Below are positions 12,200-26,014 of a stretch of DNA of 64,000 nt, piece by piece (positions within the stretch are counted from its first letter, which is position 1; the number at the start of each line of letters is the position of its first letter). The notes beneath the pieces were generated by a model, which worked only from the letters and a program-made list of their open reading frames with translations, did not search any database and had not been told where the DNA came from. Position numbers and translations under genes: made by a program. The stretch is from Eledone cirrhosa (lineage: Eukaryota), in the NCBI GenBank assembly GCA_964016885.1, contig OZ024740.1, positions 247,070,001-247,134,000 on the forward strand, given 5' to 3'.

Positions 12200-15100
12200 C
12201 TCATGCGTGTAACTCATGCATATAACCTAGATGAGGTATTACTTCTCCGCTTACTTTAGAAGACATGATGAAATCTTCCGAGAAGGATGCAGCGGCTGGG
12301 AAAACGAGGGAAAAACACGACTTTTGTTGAGAAACTTGGTACCAGTCGAACATGAAAAATACTGCAACTATATACTACCGAAGAAACCAGATGGGATCTG
12401 TTTTGAGGAAACAGTAAATATCCTGTCGAAAATTTTTAGTGAGAAAAGTTCTTTATTTAACACCCGTTGGCAGTGTATAATAAATCTGGCAAAACACGAG
12501 GACGAAGATTTTGTCACGTATGCTGGGATCGTTAACAAGGGTCGCGAAATATTTAAACTTAACGAACTAACCCCAGACATGTTTAAATGCTTAATTTTCC
12601 TGCAAGGATTAACTGCAAAGAAAGATGCGGAAATTCGTACCAGAATTCTGACAAAATTAGAGCAGAATCAGATCTTAACATTACAGGAAATATCTGAGGA
12701 ATGTCAGAGAATTATAAATCTGAGTCATCGAAAGAATCGAAGAGAGATAGACTGCTCTCATATACAGTCTGTGCGGCTTAAAGTAAAAAACAAAAAATAA
12801 AATATTAATCCATGTTTTGAATGTGGAGGATTACACTTCAGATATGATTGTCCTTTCAAAAACTTAAAGTGATTCGAGTGGGACATACAAAATCACACTG
12901 CAAAACAAAACTAAGAAAAAGGTCCAACAGGAAAAATTATGTAAACACGTTATCGGCGGAAAAAAAAATTAACGAGACTCAAAGGAAATGTGTGTATGAA
13001 AACATTAACAATGTTAAATTCCAGTTAGATACATATAGCGACATTACTATAATCAATGAAGACACGTGAAAAGCAACCAGGAAACCTACAATAAATAAAA
13101 CCTTAAAGATTGTACATAGCGTTTCGGGGAAGAAGTTATTTTTTAAAGGCGAAATAGTAAGTTACGTTACATTTCGTGGCAAGACCGTAAAAGCTAGATA
13201 TTATGTATTAAGGTATACAACAAATCTTTTCGGTACTGACTGGATGAATCTGTTCGACTTTATTTACTCATAAAAATGTTTTGTAAAAATGTAATTGGGT
13301 CGTCCACCAGTTGAAACAAAGCGTCAGAAAATTTAAAAAAAGAATTGAAAAGGTGGTTCCCTGATGTTTTTTCGGACGAGCTAGGTTGTTGTACTAAAAC
13401 TAAATTTCAAGAGAAAGAAAATGTGACACCTTTATTTAAACCCAAACATAATGTACCGTTTGCATTAGATCAAGTCAACAAAGAATTAGATAGGGAAAAA
13501 TGAGCGGCTCCAACAGTGTATGTAAAAAGAAAATAATAAAATTCATGTGTGTGTGTGTGCAGACTTTTCGACAGGACTAAACGAATGCTTAAGACCACAC
13601 AACTACCCATTGCCAAGTCCAGAGGAAATTTTTACGAGACTAAACGGTAGAAATTCTTTATCGAAATTAGATCTTTCTGAAATTAGACCTACAAAAACAA
13701 GTTGAATGTACAAAGTTGTTCACAATAAATACGCATAAACCTTTGTACAAATTTGACCGACATCCCTTTGGCATAAAAGTTGCTCCGGCTATATTCCAAC
13801 AAGATACGATGCTGGCAGATTGTTATTTCACGATTACATAGTTGGACGACGTATTAATGAAAAGTGAATCTCATGGTCAGCATGTCAAGCGTGTTTTTGA
13901 AAAGGTAAGAGAGTATGGGTTCTAACTCAGCGATGAGAAGTGGGAATTTTTCTTGCCTAGAATAAAGTACCCAGGACAAATCATCGATAAAAATGGTCAT
14001 CAATCAGATCCGTCAAGGGCTAGTGCAATTAAAAATATGCCCCCACCGAAAAACGTTACTTTGTTACAAGCGATTTGAGGGTTTGCGAACTATTATCAAA
14101 TATATATTCCGAATATGCACAATGTAAGAACCCCACTAAATAATCTGCTAGAAAAGACGTAAAGTGGAATTGGACTAAGTGCCAGAAGGCGTTTGAAGAA
14201 ATAAAAAAAATATTAACATCGGATTTATAATTACTGCATTATGACCTAAAAATAGAAATTGTATTGGCTTCAGATGCTAGTGAATACGGTATTGGATGCG
14301 TGATTCTGCACAAATATGATGATGGTAGCTCAAAAGCCGTAGCTCATGCCTCACGTTCTCTACTACCAGCAGAACATAATTACAGCCAAATTGAAAAAGA
14401 GGTGTTAGCTATAATTTTTGCTGGGAAAAAATTTCACAAGTTTATTAACGGAAGGAGTTTTTATTTACAGACTGATGACCATCCTTTGTTGTCAATTTAT
14501 GGATCAAAGCAGGGAATTCCCACCCATACAGCAAATAGATTACAGCGCTGGGGCACCATTTTATTAAATTATGATTTTAAGATGGAGTATCTGCCAATCA
14601 AAAGATTAGGACATGCTGATGGTCTATCAAGATTGATACCTAAAAATAGTGAACTATTTGAAGACAACAGTGATAAGGGCTTTAAGAGCTGAAAAGGAAA
14701 TAAAAAGTATATTGTGTAACGTAGTACAGGAATTACCCGTTTCCTTAGAAGAAATAAAATTAAAAGCGGAAGAAGACGTTTTTATTACGGAGATGAAAAT
14801 ATTACTGAGAGCAGACAAAATAAATAGAAATATGAGGTTTGCAGAACACAACCCAGATTCTAACTCGTACTCGATTTGTGACAATGTATTGATGTATGCA
14901 CAAAGAGTAGTAATGCCGGCCACACTACAAAAGCGAATATTAAAAGAATTTCACATTGGACATCCGGGAATATTAAGAACGAAAGCTCTGAGAAGTTATG
15001 TATACTGGCCCAAAATGGACCAAGAGATCGAAAAGTTGGTAAAATCCTGCAGAGGTTTTGCTCTGTCAGCAAAATCGCCTACCACAAAATTTCAACCTTG

Positions 15101-15578
15101 GCCAAAGACGGATATTCCATGGTCCAGACTACATATAGATTTCGCAGGTCCACTAAACGAATCACATTATCTTGTAGTGGTAAAGGGCTTTACTAAGTGG
15201 CTTGAAAACCTGTAAGTCTAAAAACCAACCTCCTCGGTTACAGTAAGTTTTTTTGACGAATTGTTTGCAAGATATGGTATTCCTGATACCATAGTTTCTG
15301 ATAATGGAACACAATTCACCGCGTACAAATTAAAAGTATTTTGTAAAATGTTCTCTATTGAACATGTTACCACTCCACCGTATCACCCAAGGTCAAAAGG
15401 ACAAGCGGAACATTTTGTGGAAATATTTAAGAGGGCCTTAAAGAAAGCAAACAATGAAATAGTAGATGATTTAGCACTTCAACAATTCTTAAGAGTATAC
15501 CGTGTAACACCTAATCCTAATACCCCTGCAGGTATGGCACCTGCAAAATTGATGTTCGCAAGGAATATTAAGTCAGTG
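12200..15578 (+). mobile_element. Degenerate Ty3/Gypsy LTR retrotransposon (gag-protease-RT-RNase H-integrase; Mag/K02A2.6-like), 3' end cut off by a PLE
   Basis: Gag 12231-12800 followed by CFECGGLHFRYDC. Protease FQLDTYSD. RT SKLDLS and LDDVL. RNase H ASDASEYGIG and YSQIEKE. Integrase HIGHPG, RLHIDFAGP, SDNGTQF and PPYHPRS. Confidence 0.92.
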
Positions 15579-18140
15579 TTGTTAATCATAATTTTGAAAA
15601 GAGTCAGTGCATTTATGTCTTCCTGCCATAGTATGAGCAATCGTCTAGGTATCTCTTTCAATTATTTTTGAGATGTGTAAGGAAAGAGTCTCCGTATAAT
15701 AGAAGGGATTGGTTGTAGATTTGTTGTTCGTGGAATCCCATGACTAAGTTGGCGTATGTGGGGGCTACCTTTGTGCCCATTGCAGTACCTGAAATTTGTC
15801 GGTATATTGAGTCATTGAAAGTAAAGAAATTATTTTGTAATATAAATCGGAATCCATCAATGATGAAGTTTTTGTTGATGCGTGTTTGTATTTCAAATGG
15901 TTGAGTGTCTAGCCAATACTGGATTGCTGTTATTCCATAGTTATGGGGTGTGTTAGTGTAGAGGTTTACTGCGTCAAAGGAGACAAGAATAGTGTTTTCA
16001 CTTACTGTTTTAGGTAGGTGGTTCAGCATATCAAGGTGATCCCGTATGTAACTCTGTATATGTTTTAGGAAGGGCTTTAGAAAGATGTCCAGGAAGTTGC
16101 TAAGTCTGTGGGTTTCACATGCAGGGCCTGCTATAATTGGTCTGAATTTTAAGTCTTCTGGTGGTGTTAATTGTATGTATTTGTTAGTTGAAGTGTCACA
16201 TGCATTGTTTATGAGTTTACATTTATGTATCTTCAGTAAGCCGTAGAAAGCACTTGCATTACATTTGAAATGCCTTATGTATTCAAATTCTGTTGTCGTT
16301 AGGCTACTGCGGTATTGTTGTATTAATGCTAGGAGGTTCCCCATTGTTTTAGTTTGTTTGTAGTTTGTTTGTAGTTTACTGGGTTTTTTTATTTAGTACT
16401 TGTTGTCTAAGATTTTGAGTGCCAGGTCTCTATAGTAGTCAGTTTCCATAATGACCACAGTGTTCCTTTTCTCGGCTTCTTTGATGGTTATTTCAGTGTT
16501 ATTTCGCAGTGTGAATAATTCTTTCCATTCGTGTTTGTAGAGGTTCGATTTCGTGTGTTTATTTGCAATTTGTTCATAGAGACAGTTGATGGTGCGTTCG
16601 CAGTAGGTGTCCAGTGCTGTGTTCCCCCCTTTCTGTGGGCAGAAATCACTTTTGTTTCTGGTTATTGATTCGTCATCAGTGTTGGTGTCATTGGAGAAGT
16701 ATTCTATTAATTTGAGTTTTCGGCAGAATTCCATGATGTCATCTTTCATTTCGAGGAAATTAGCTTTTTGTGGTATGGGTGTAAATTTCAGTCCCTTACT
16801 TAATATGTTAATTTGTGTGTTAGTTAGTGATATCTTTGAAAGGTTAATTATCTTCGGTTTCTCATGAGTGGGGGGCCATCAGGTGTTAGGTCTTGTTCCT
16901 AAAAAAGGAATTTTGTTTTGGTTGTAATTGTAGTCTGCTTGTCTGTTTTGTGTGGGTCTGTAGTTTGTTTTTTCATGAGAGTTAATGTGGTGATGGGAGT
17001 GGTGTCTGTGTTGTTGTTATTGTGTAAGAATTATGTTATGGGTTCATGTGGTCTGGGTGGGTTCTTTCTGGGATGCATAGTGTTGATGTTGTGGGTTGTT
17101 TTTTGTAGTGTTGGGGGTGATACATGTTGTAGTTGTTAATGTTGGAAGGTTTTGTTGGGATTTCATGTGGTCTGTATGGGTTTCTTCTGAAGTGTATGGT
17201 GTTTGTGTTGCGGATTAGTTCTATGTTTGGTTTCTGAAGGAGATATTTTTGTGGGTACCTATGTTGTGGTGGTTGGGTATGTTTCTTCTGCTGCAGTTGG
17301 TTGTATATGGTCTGTGTAGAGTGGGGTTTTGACTGTGGTTTATGTGTGCTGGGGTTGGAAGTATGCTTGTTTCTGAGGGGGTTCTTGTTTTGTTTAATTT
17401 CTTTATAAAGGGGTTATCTGTGATGCATTGCTTTGAAATCCTCTTCATATTTGAGGAACCAATTTTCAGATTTTTCCCATCGTTTTAGTTCTGCATTCTC
17501 GCAGTCCTGTTTCCATGATTTAATTAAATTTTGTAGGGTTGATCCCTCAGTGTGTTTAGCACATTCTATTTCCATTTGTTGGTCAATATCCTGGTATTTT
17601 TGTTCATTGGAGGTGGTTCTTAATTTTAAGAGTTCTATTTCCATATTTATTTTGTTGAGTGACATTTGTTCTCGTAGTTTCCGTTGTTGTTCAGGTTCAT
17701 TAGTTATGGGTTTTATTTGGAATTTACGGAGTAAGATTAGTGGTGTAGAGTTGATCCATTTTTCATAAATTCCAGTTTTGTTCATATTTTTCCCCATATT
17801 CCAGAAAGTGAATTTTCTTGTTTTCAATTGTTTTGTCCAAAAGTGTCCAATTTTGTTTTTAATGTGGTGTGAGGTTTCTTGTTCTGTGTTAACGTTTATA
17901 AGTTTTTCCATGGAGTTACATAAGTGCTGTATGTTTAGGTTGAATTGGTTATTGGTTGTGGTAATACTGTCTTCGTTGTTATCAGCCAGTGTGGAGTTTT
18001 GTGAATTTTTTTGAATTTTGAAGTAAAACATTTTTTTTAATTTCCCACCTCAAAGGGACCTGTGACAGACAGGCTGAACTCACCGCTCCCGCCCACGTGT
18101 TTGTATTGCTAAAGGGACTATGACAGACAGGCTGAAAACA
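15575..18140 (-). mobile_element. Penelope-like element, 5' portion (N-terminal domain plus RT), endonuclease missing
   Basis: ORF 15658-16344 has FRPIIAG, SFDAVNLY and GTAMGTKVAPTYANL, with RYLDD just downstream. ORF 16393-16749 has a KEAEK (DKG-like) region. N-terminal ORF at 17414-18031. Confidence 0.88.
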
Positions 18141-18210
18141 CACACACGTGTGTATTGTTATATATACACCCTCACACACACACACACATACACTATATAT
18201 GTATATATAT

Positions 18211-18510
18211 ATTTAGGTTTGTTGGTTCACCACTGGATAGAGTTGGTCATTCCGTATGGTCAATCTCGATGTAATATTATGGAGAGTACTCATCCGTCTT
18301 CGTTTGTGTAGTTGGTGGTGCGAGTACGGTGTTAATTATTTTAATAAAATAACAGGAGGCTGGACTTGTGTAAATCCTTGAGAGGTTTATTATACTATGA
18401 TCTGCAGACGGTGAGCTGCATTACGTTGAGTACTCTCCATAATACTACATCGAGATTGACCATACCGAATGACCAATTCTATCCAGTGGTGAACCAACAA
18501 ACCTAAATAA
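18211..18510. repeat. Inverted repeat of ~80 bp (PLE terminal structure)
   Basis: 18211-18292 is the reverse complement of 18427-18509. Confidence 0.75.
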
Positions 18511-18547
18511 ATAATGCTCCAGAAATGTTGAGCGCTTTCAGATGTAA

Positions 18548-18727
18548 TAATTGTTTCTACTTTAGGCACAAGGCCAGCAATTACCCAGTGCATTACTGGT
18601 ACTTTATTTTATCGACCCCGTAAGGATGAAAGGCAAAGTTAACCTCGACAGGATTTAACTCAGATCAGAAAGGGGCGTAACTTTGTGCTACAAAGCATGT
18701 TTTCCGACCCTCTACCGATACTGCCAA
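18548..18727 (-). mobile_element. SINE family A
   Basis: Reverse complement of the core. Confidence 0.87.
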
Positions 18728-20485
18728 AGCGGCACTGACTCCAGTGTACAGCTATCGCCAGCATGGCACTCACTGATCTACTCACCATTCGGATTTTGGC
18801 TGCTCTGTGCTTTGTCTACCGCCCACCTGGTCCAATGCTACTTCCCTGTCGGGAATATTCAGACTTCGACAAAATTCTATGGATTATACTGTAACCTGTA
18901 TTGTATTGACTGAATTCTATACCCTATACTTCAGGGCCTTTGTGATTCACACTGAATTCTGAGACTCGAACATACACTAGGTATCACCTGATACCATTCC
19001 ATCTCTTCCATCCTCTATATCTATATGTATTATCTAACTGCAACTTGATCTATATTGTATTTCTCTTGCGTTTTGATTTCTCCGATATGTTTTTATATAC
19101 TTCCGTTTTACTCCATCACCACCCTAGCTATGACGGCGTTTTATTTATGTATTTTTACTTTTTTACTTTATTAATGTATTTTTATTAATGTATTTTTATC
19201 TTTGCATTCTGCTTTTATTTATTTATGTATTTTTGCTTATTGTTCCTTTTATGTAGGTTTTTACTCGCTTACTCTCATTATGTACTTATCATTGTACTCA
19301 TTAGCACACGACACTAGAATATTACTCTCGGTACCCTTATATCTCCCCCTACCCACCAAAGAACCACACTACTTATAACCCGGACTAACTGGGGACTTAA
19401 ATATAGTCTATTTGGGCATTTCACCGGGTTTTACCACAGTCAACCTCACATCACGGGTGTGAATATATAATAATCGTTTGGTTACACGCGATGATCCGAC
19501 TGATGTGGTGGCTTTCCCGGCTGCGCGCCTGGCGCTCTGGTGCATAAGCCTTCCTTGAGTGCTTGGAAAAATAAATTTACCCTTCTTTCAGTAAATGAAA
19601 TTACTCGGAGCGGGTTGCTTCGCCCCGGGGCCCGCCGCACCGCCGGTTTTCACCGCCATATAATACCTTTAAATTCTAGGCCTAATCATAACTATTAGCT
19701 GTATCCTGCCTCCCTCTACTGGCACGTAAACAAATCCCCCTCCTGTGTGAATTAATAGTATTCATTTGTTATAGCAATGGCCTGACGGCGATGGCAGACT
19801 TCCCACCAGAACACCCGAAGCCTAAGACAGTTACACTCCTGGAGTGCTCGGAAAAATTAATTTCCATCTCTTTCACTAGACGATATCACTCGCAACGGCT
19901 GACACGTGGTTAGGAAGGGCTGGCCGGAGTCTGCAGTCGTCGCGTGTTATTGACTGCTAAACAAGGGCTTAATCTTTACTCTATATCCCACCCTGAAAAC
20001 TTATCGAGAATCTCTATAATACACTTAAACTTTTTCATAAAAGACTCTCTGTAAATTCTTTAACTAAATCTCGCAACCCAAATCTTAAACTTTTTTTAAT
20101 TTCTTAATTTTTTTTTTATTTCATCCTATAACTCTAAACATAAGTTTAACGTTCAAATTTCCTGTTCACACATTATACCATACAGACGCCCACTATATTT
20201 GCCTCTATTAAGATATAGGTTCTTTGGAAAAATATTTTTCGCGGCAATTTCTAGCCTGATTGTAGCATGACCTTAACGCTGACGTTTCTTCTTTCTTTCT
20301 TCTTTTTTCTCTTTGACGGGGAGGTTAGTAGCACATCATAAGCTTTCGCCCCCTCACCAGATGGTCATAAGTAGACCGAATAGCCAACACTTGAGGGCGA
20401 CCGACTAAAGTAGAAAATGCTAGATGGTCGGTCGACCTCTTGTCTATGATTTTCAGCCCCATGGAGTTTATCTGTTATATTTCGA

Positions 20486-20543
20486 ATACCTGATGATATC
20501 ACCTGATTCATACGGAACCCGGTCATTGAAGTGATCATAGTAT
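20486..20543 (+). ncRNA. Degenerate hammerhead motif
   Basis: ATAC-CTGATGA-..ATCACC..GGTCAT..-GAAG-TGATCA-TA-GTAT. GAAA is changed to GAAG; stem III is palindromic. Confidence 0.5.
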
Positions 20544-20589
20544 AATAAACCTTTCAAGGATTTACACAAGTCCAGCCTCCTGTTATTTT

Positions 20590-20621
<32 letters not shown>

Positions 20622-20625
20622 TATA

Positions 20626-21880
20626 TATTGTTATACTTTGGGAGGGTCATGTTGCCAATAAGAAACACACGCACCAGTTGCTTTCACTTCAATTTATTAT
20701 AATATATTTATAAATTTAGGAATTTATAAATTTCTGGTTGGTTGGTTGGTTCCACAACCAGATAGTTGTTTATATATATTGTCAAAGTTCTTTCGTCACA
20801 CATTCTGTGACCTCTTCAGTGACTGGGGATTATTTTCTTTGTTTTTGTGCCTCTCCTTTGTTCTGTCCTACGCCATTTTGTTTCTGTGTGTGTGTTGTGT
20901 GCTCAGTCTGCGCATGCGCCACACCCGGGTGTCTGTGTGTGTTTATATTTGTTTATTTATTTGTTTATTTACATGTTACCGGTTGGTTGTTTGTTCTATG
21001 TGTGTGTGTGTTTTCATTTTGTCCTTAATTGTAAGTTGTGATGTTGCTGTTCCACTCATATTTTCTATTTAATTTTGGTTGTAATTCTTTTATGTTTATT
21101 GCCTCTGTGATTTGTCTAAACATTGCGTCTTTTCTGTGTGTAGATTCTATTTTTATTTCTATGTTCTCTAATTTACCCTTATGTTCTATTTTAGCATGTT
21201 GGTAGAGTACAGATGATTCTTTACTATCTTGAAGGTCTCGCCAGTGTTCATTTATCCGTTCCCCTACGCTACGAGCTGTCTCACCTATGTACACTATATT
21301 TTTGTCTCTACATTGTCCTTCAATACATCTTATGCTATACACTACATTTCTAGTTTTACAGTTAATATGGGGGCTTATTTTACAGGTTATACATTTATTA
21401 TCTATACAGGGGGGTCTTTGGAAAGGGTATGTCTTGCTAATAGTGTTTTTACGGAGGTACCTGGTCTTTCTAATATCTTAATATTGAGTTTATGTTTATC
21501 TAAATTTGTAAGCTAATTCACCTCTAGGGGTCGTATCGATGAACATTACACTCTGGTATTTATTGCTATCATACCATGAGTTTATTCTATTAGCCTTATT
21601 CCTAGTTCTTTCTATTCTATTCCAAAATTTGCTCATATACAAGGGGCAGGTCCCATTTGTGTCATTATTTACCATTTTTTCCCATTTGGTTCTGGCTCCT
21701 CTATACACTCTGATTCTATCTCTCTGATTGTAACCAGAGAACTGCATACGGTGGATGAAGTGTTGTATGTGTCTCTCTAGTTCTTCGGGGTTGCACATGC
21801 AACATGACCCTCCCAAAGTATAACAATATCGGTTTCAACACACGATTTCAAATAAAGAATCTTGCTAAACAAATTCAGAA
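20626..21880 (-). mobile_element. 5'-truncated Penelope-like element (thumb plus GIY-YIG) with inverted pseudo-LTR
   Basis: ORF 21025-21342 has YSIRC..YIGETAR..RINEH..EA..LNRK. ORF 21496-21816 has RMQFSGY. 20626-20650 is inverted at 21800-21828. Confidence 0.85.
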
Positions 21881-21883
21881 ACG

Positions 21884-21950
<67 letters not shown>

Positions 21951-22129
21951 ATAACAATAAATCGTTAAAGGTAATCCGATAAGTGTCTGTGAAAACTACT
22001 TATCATGGACATTTTAAGCGTACGGTGCTATGTGACTCAACAAGAGGTTTACTTGGGTGACGAGTTTATGACTTCACTTGTATTCCTATGTAAATATATC
22101 TTGGAGTAATAAAAAAGTGAAGAATAAGA

Positions 22130-22586
22130 TGGTCAACAGTACAGACAAGGACATTTATTTACAGTCTAACAATTGTTTTCATCATCCTTACTCTTTGCCT
22201 GTGCTATATACCCCTTCTTTCTTTCTATCTATATCTTTATTATTTATTTTGATGTGATAGTTTGATTTCGTAACTTTGCCAGTTATACATTTAACTATAT
22301 CTTCGGTCTTGTTTCGTCATTTTCTTTCTTTCCCTCTCATTTCCATATGTCCCCTTGCCTTTATTTATTTATCATTAATACTATTATTGATGTAGTAATT
22401 TGAATTTGTAAGAATACCGTTACGCATGTAGTTTGTATTTCTTGACAGTTTCTGATGAAATGATGGAACTTATATGTATTTTAAATTGAATTATGCTGTG
22501 TCCAGTGTTTAGCAATTTATAGACAACTCTATCATGGAGACAGTTGTTAGACTGTAAATAAATCTCCTTGTCTGTATTGTTGACCA
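22130..22586 (+). repeat. ORF-less pseudo-LTR-like unit with terminal inverted duplication and a degenerate hammerhead (22445-22555)
   Basis: 22130-22180 is the reverse complement of about 22535-22586. Motif: ACAGTTT-CTGATGA..ATGAT..ATCAT-GAGA-CAGTTG-TT-AGACTGT. Confidence 0.55.
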
Positions 22587-23108
22587 CTCTTACACTCCTG
22601 CTGCTGCCATAGAATTTACCCCTAGCTTACAATTTCCCATCCCCTTTTGAACTCTTGACCAGTCAATTAACACAATCAGATATACACACACATATTTACA
22701 TGATGTTTCCTTTGCCCCCCAAAAAACAACTTTGTTCTGTGAAGAAACATAGCTGCTGCTATCCTCACTACCAGCTATCCTCATTCTACCAGCCACATTT
22801 TGAGGAAGAAAGATGGGGAAAAACTTACTCCAACATAAGATTTTAATTTTAAATCTTTAATTTTAAGTTTTTAACTCCTATTAATTCTTTTTAATTTTTT
22901 ATTTCAATACTCAACATTTGATAAGATGAATTTTAATAATACATCGAGACCGGTAATACTTTATATACTTTATATACATTATAACACTTTTTTTAAATGA
23001 ATTGTACGTATGTGTATGTTATTATGTGTGTGTAGGTATATATGTGTATGTGAGTATGTATGTATGTGTATATATGTGTATGTATATATATATATATATA
23101 TATATATA

Positions 23109-25800
23109 CGATATTAATAAATGGAAACTATATTTATAAAACCATATTTATTTCATTATACATATTTCAGGGATACCAAATTAAATTATGGTATGCCTTC
23201 ATCAGACAAAATACAATATATAACAGTTTTACAAATAAGCTTTGACGTACCCTATTAAAATGCAACCATTATTTTTGGAAGCCATCCGGGTAGTGAGTTG
23301 TTTATATTATTTTAATAAGTCATAGTGTTAAGGACAATTAGAAAAAGACGGAGAGAAAGAAAAAAAAACGGAGAGAAAGAAAAAGACGGAGAGAGAGAAA
23401 GAAAAAACGTGGAGAAGTATCGGAGAGAGAGATATGCATGGAGAAAAAAGAAAGAGATAAATAAAGACAGGAGGAAAGAAAGAAAAAAGGAAGAAATAAG
23501 AAATAAGAAAAACAGAGGAAAGCAACAGATAGATATTAAGTCATCAGACAGATAGAAAAACTCAAGAGAGAGAAATATTATATAGAGAGAAGGGGAGATA
23601 ATGAAAATTTTACGTCATGTCATATTAAGTTGAGTTAACAATATATATGAAATGAATAATAAAAATATAAATATTAATATTCATGAATGGGACATAAATA
23701 TATCATATGAGAAATTAAACATTGTTCAATAATGACTACATGTTTAGTTTAAAACTTGAGATCAATATACCAAAATGCTAGAGAAATCAGTATCTTAGGC
23801 AAAGACACGCAAATATATATATATATATATATACGCACGTCCTGAAAATATATTTACTCAAGTCAACAATATAGACATACAAAGCGCAAACGATTTCTCT
23901 TAATCACTGCTATACATTCCTTGTGTTATAAAAAAGTTCACAGTATATATACATAAATATATACGATTAATATTCATGTCTTCATATATACGATTACCAT
24001 TCATGCATTTAACATTCTGTTAAAATTATGCATATCTGCAATCAAAACTGCGTGGTTAAGCAACATATCTCTTACCCACACACATAGATATACATATATA
24101 TATATGCACATACATATGTATAAATAAATATTTGCGTGCGTCTTCCCGCATCGCTCATGTATACATACAGACATATATACAATCATAAAAAACATATAAC
24201 ACTTTTATATGCATGTTAATACACACATACACCTTTGTATAGAGATAATCAAATATCAATATATTACTAAGGATTATACTTTGGAAATATAATTATAACA
24301 ATATAAATTTAAAATACCAAAGGATTATATTTTGGAAATGCAATTATATCAGTATAGTCAAAAGGACAAACGAATTCTAGAAATATCAAAGCATTAAATA
24401 TGTTTAAAACACTATAGAGTATCTTAAGTTAAAATAATATGTTTCATATATTTAGTATAGAAATTTATCCTACGTATATTTCAATCTAGATATTGAAAGG
24501 GTAGACTTATGAAAATTATGAGAAGCTATCAGAATCAAAACAAAACTAAAAAAAACTAATAAAAATAAAAAAAAAATAAAAAAAAATTTAAAAAAATAAA
24601 AATAAAAATAAAAGTTAAATAAATATTATATCAATATAATTTCAAAATTTAAGAATTTAAAAATTTAAAAAATTTAAAAAAGTTTTAAAAATTTTAAAAT
24701 TTAAAAGATTTAAAAAACCCAAGGATTCTACAGATATCCTTATATTTAGTATAGAAATTTATCTTACGTATATTTTATTTAAGACATTGGAAGTATAGAC
24801 ATTTTAGAGTAGTTTATTAAATCTATGTTTATATTTAGGAAGAAAGTTTAAAAAGAAAAAGGTGAAGGAGTCTAATGATTTATCGACAGGTTTCATATAT
24901 TAACTAAATTACTTAATTAATTATACTACATTTTAAATTTATATTTATATTTAAACGTTGAGTTCAATCTATGTCTGCAGCAACTGAATAAATTGTTCCT
25001 TAAATTAAGGGAATTTTTGGACTCTAATATAAAGAATATTTCTTCAATACAAAGATCACAATTTTCTGAAGAGGAATTAAAAGGAGTAGCTTATGAAATA
25101 ATATTCCAAGTCATCGAATATTTAACATTATCTCGTTTTAGGTCCCATAGTAGGCTAGATAGCGAAGTTGAAGATTTTTTGTTTGGATCTGTGAAAGAAT
25201 TTTTATGATTATTGAAGCGAAATTTAAATTCTGTAGAGGTAGAACCAACATAGTTAAATGTACACTACATTTTTAGCTAAGCAGTTGTTATTTAACGGAC
25301 AGTTAGATTTATTTCTACAGTTACAGTTATTCAATTGAACATTGCTTGGGTTATTATTGGTATTTTGGTTAGGTTTTAAATTTCTATTATTAATTCTATT
25401 AATATTTTGTGCTAAATTTTTGGTGGACGAGTTAGTTAATTTTATAGTGTGTCTATTAACAATTGAGTAATATTTATGTGTTCTAGGGAAGCGTTTGTCA
25501 AGAGTTTTAAAGAATAGTTTAGCAATAGGGGTTTTAATATTTAGTGAGAAAGGGGGAGCAAACCATAATATATTTCTAGTTCTATTTCTTTTTCGGCTTT
25601 TGGAATTATTGTAATGTTTTCTATTATAGTTGATGAAGGCATACCATAATTTAATTTGGTATCCCTGAAATATGTATAATGAAATAAATATGGTTTTATA
25701 AATATAGTTTCCATTTATTAATATCGTATATCTACTCCAAATACTTGTCGAGTGCTTTATATCAGTTATAAAAATATTTACTTGTTGTATCCCAACAATT
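23109..25800 (-). mobile_element. 5'-truncated Naiad-type Penelope element: GIY-YIG region, long 3' UTR, 3' pseudo-LTR and inverted pseudo-LTR at the truncation
   Basis: Minus-strand translation of 24960-25620 gives WFAPPFS, CNCRNKSNCPL, YVGST, RFNNHK, CDLC and CRH. 23109-23204 is the reverse complement of 25632-25727. Confidence 0.85.
23149..23213 (-). ncRNA. Type I hammerhead ribozyme motif
   Basis: Minus strand: TATTTTGT-CTGATGA-AGGCATACCA..TGGTATCCCT-GAAA-TATGTA-TA-ATGAAATA. Confidence 0.75.
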
Positions 25801-25889
25801 TTAAATAGAACTTTTGCATATATATATATATATATATTTTAGAGTTAAATAAGGTTCATATGAATTATCTAAGAATGAGTTTTACACAC

Positions 25890-25981
25890 ATATATATGTG
25901 TGTGTTTGTATTTGTATGTATGTGTTTGTGATATGTATGTATATGTATGTGTATATTTGTATGGTTATGTATGTATGTGTG

Positions 25982-26014
<33 letters not shown>

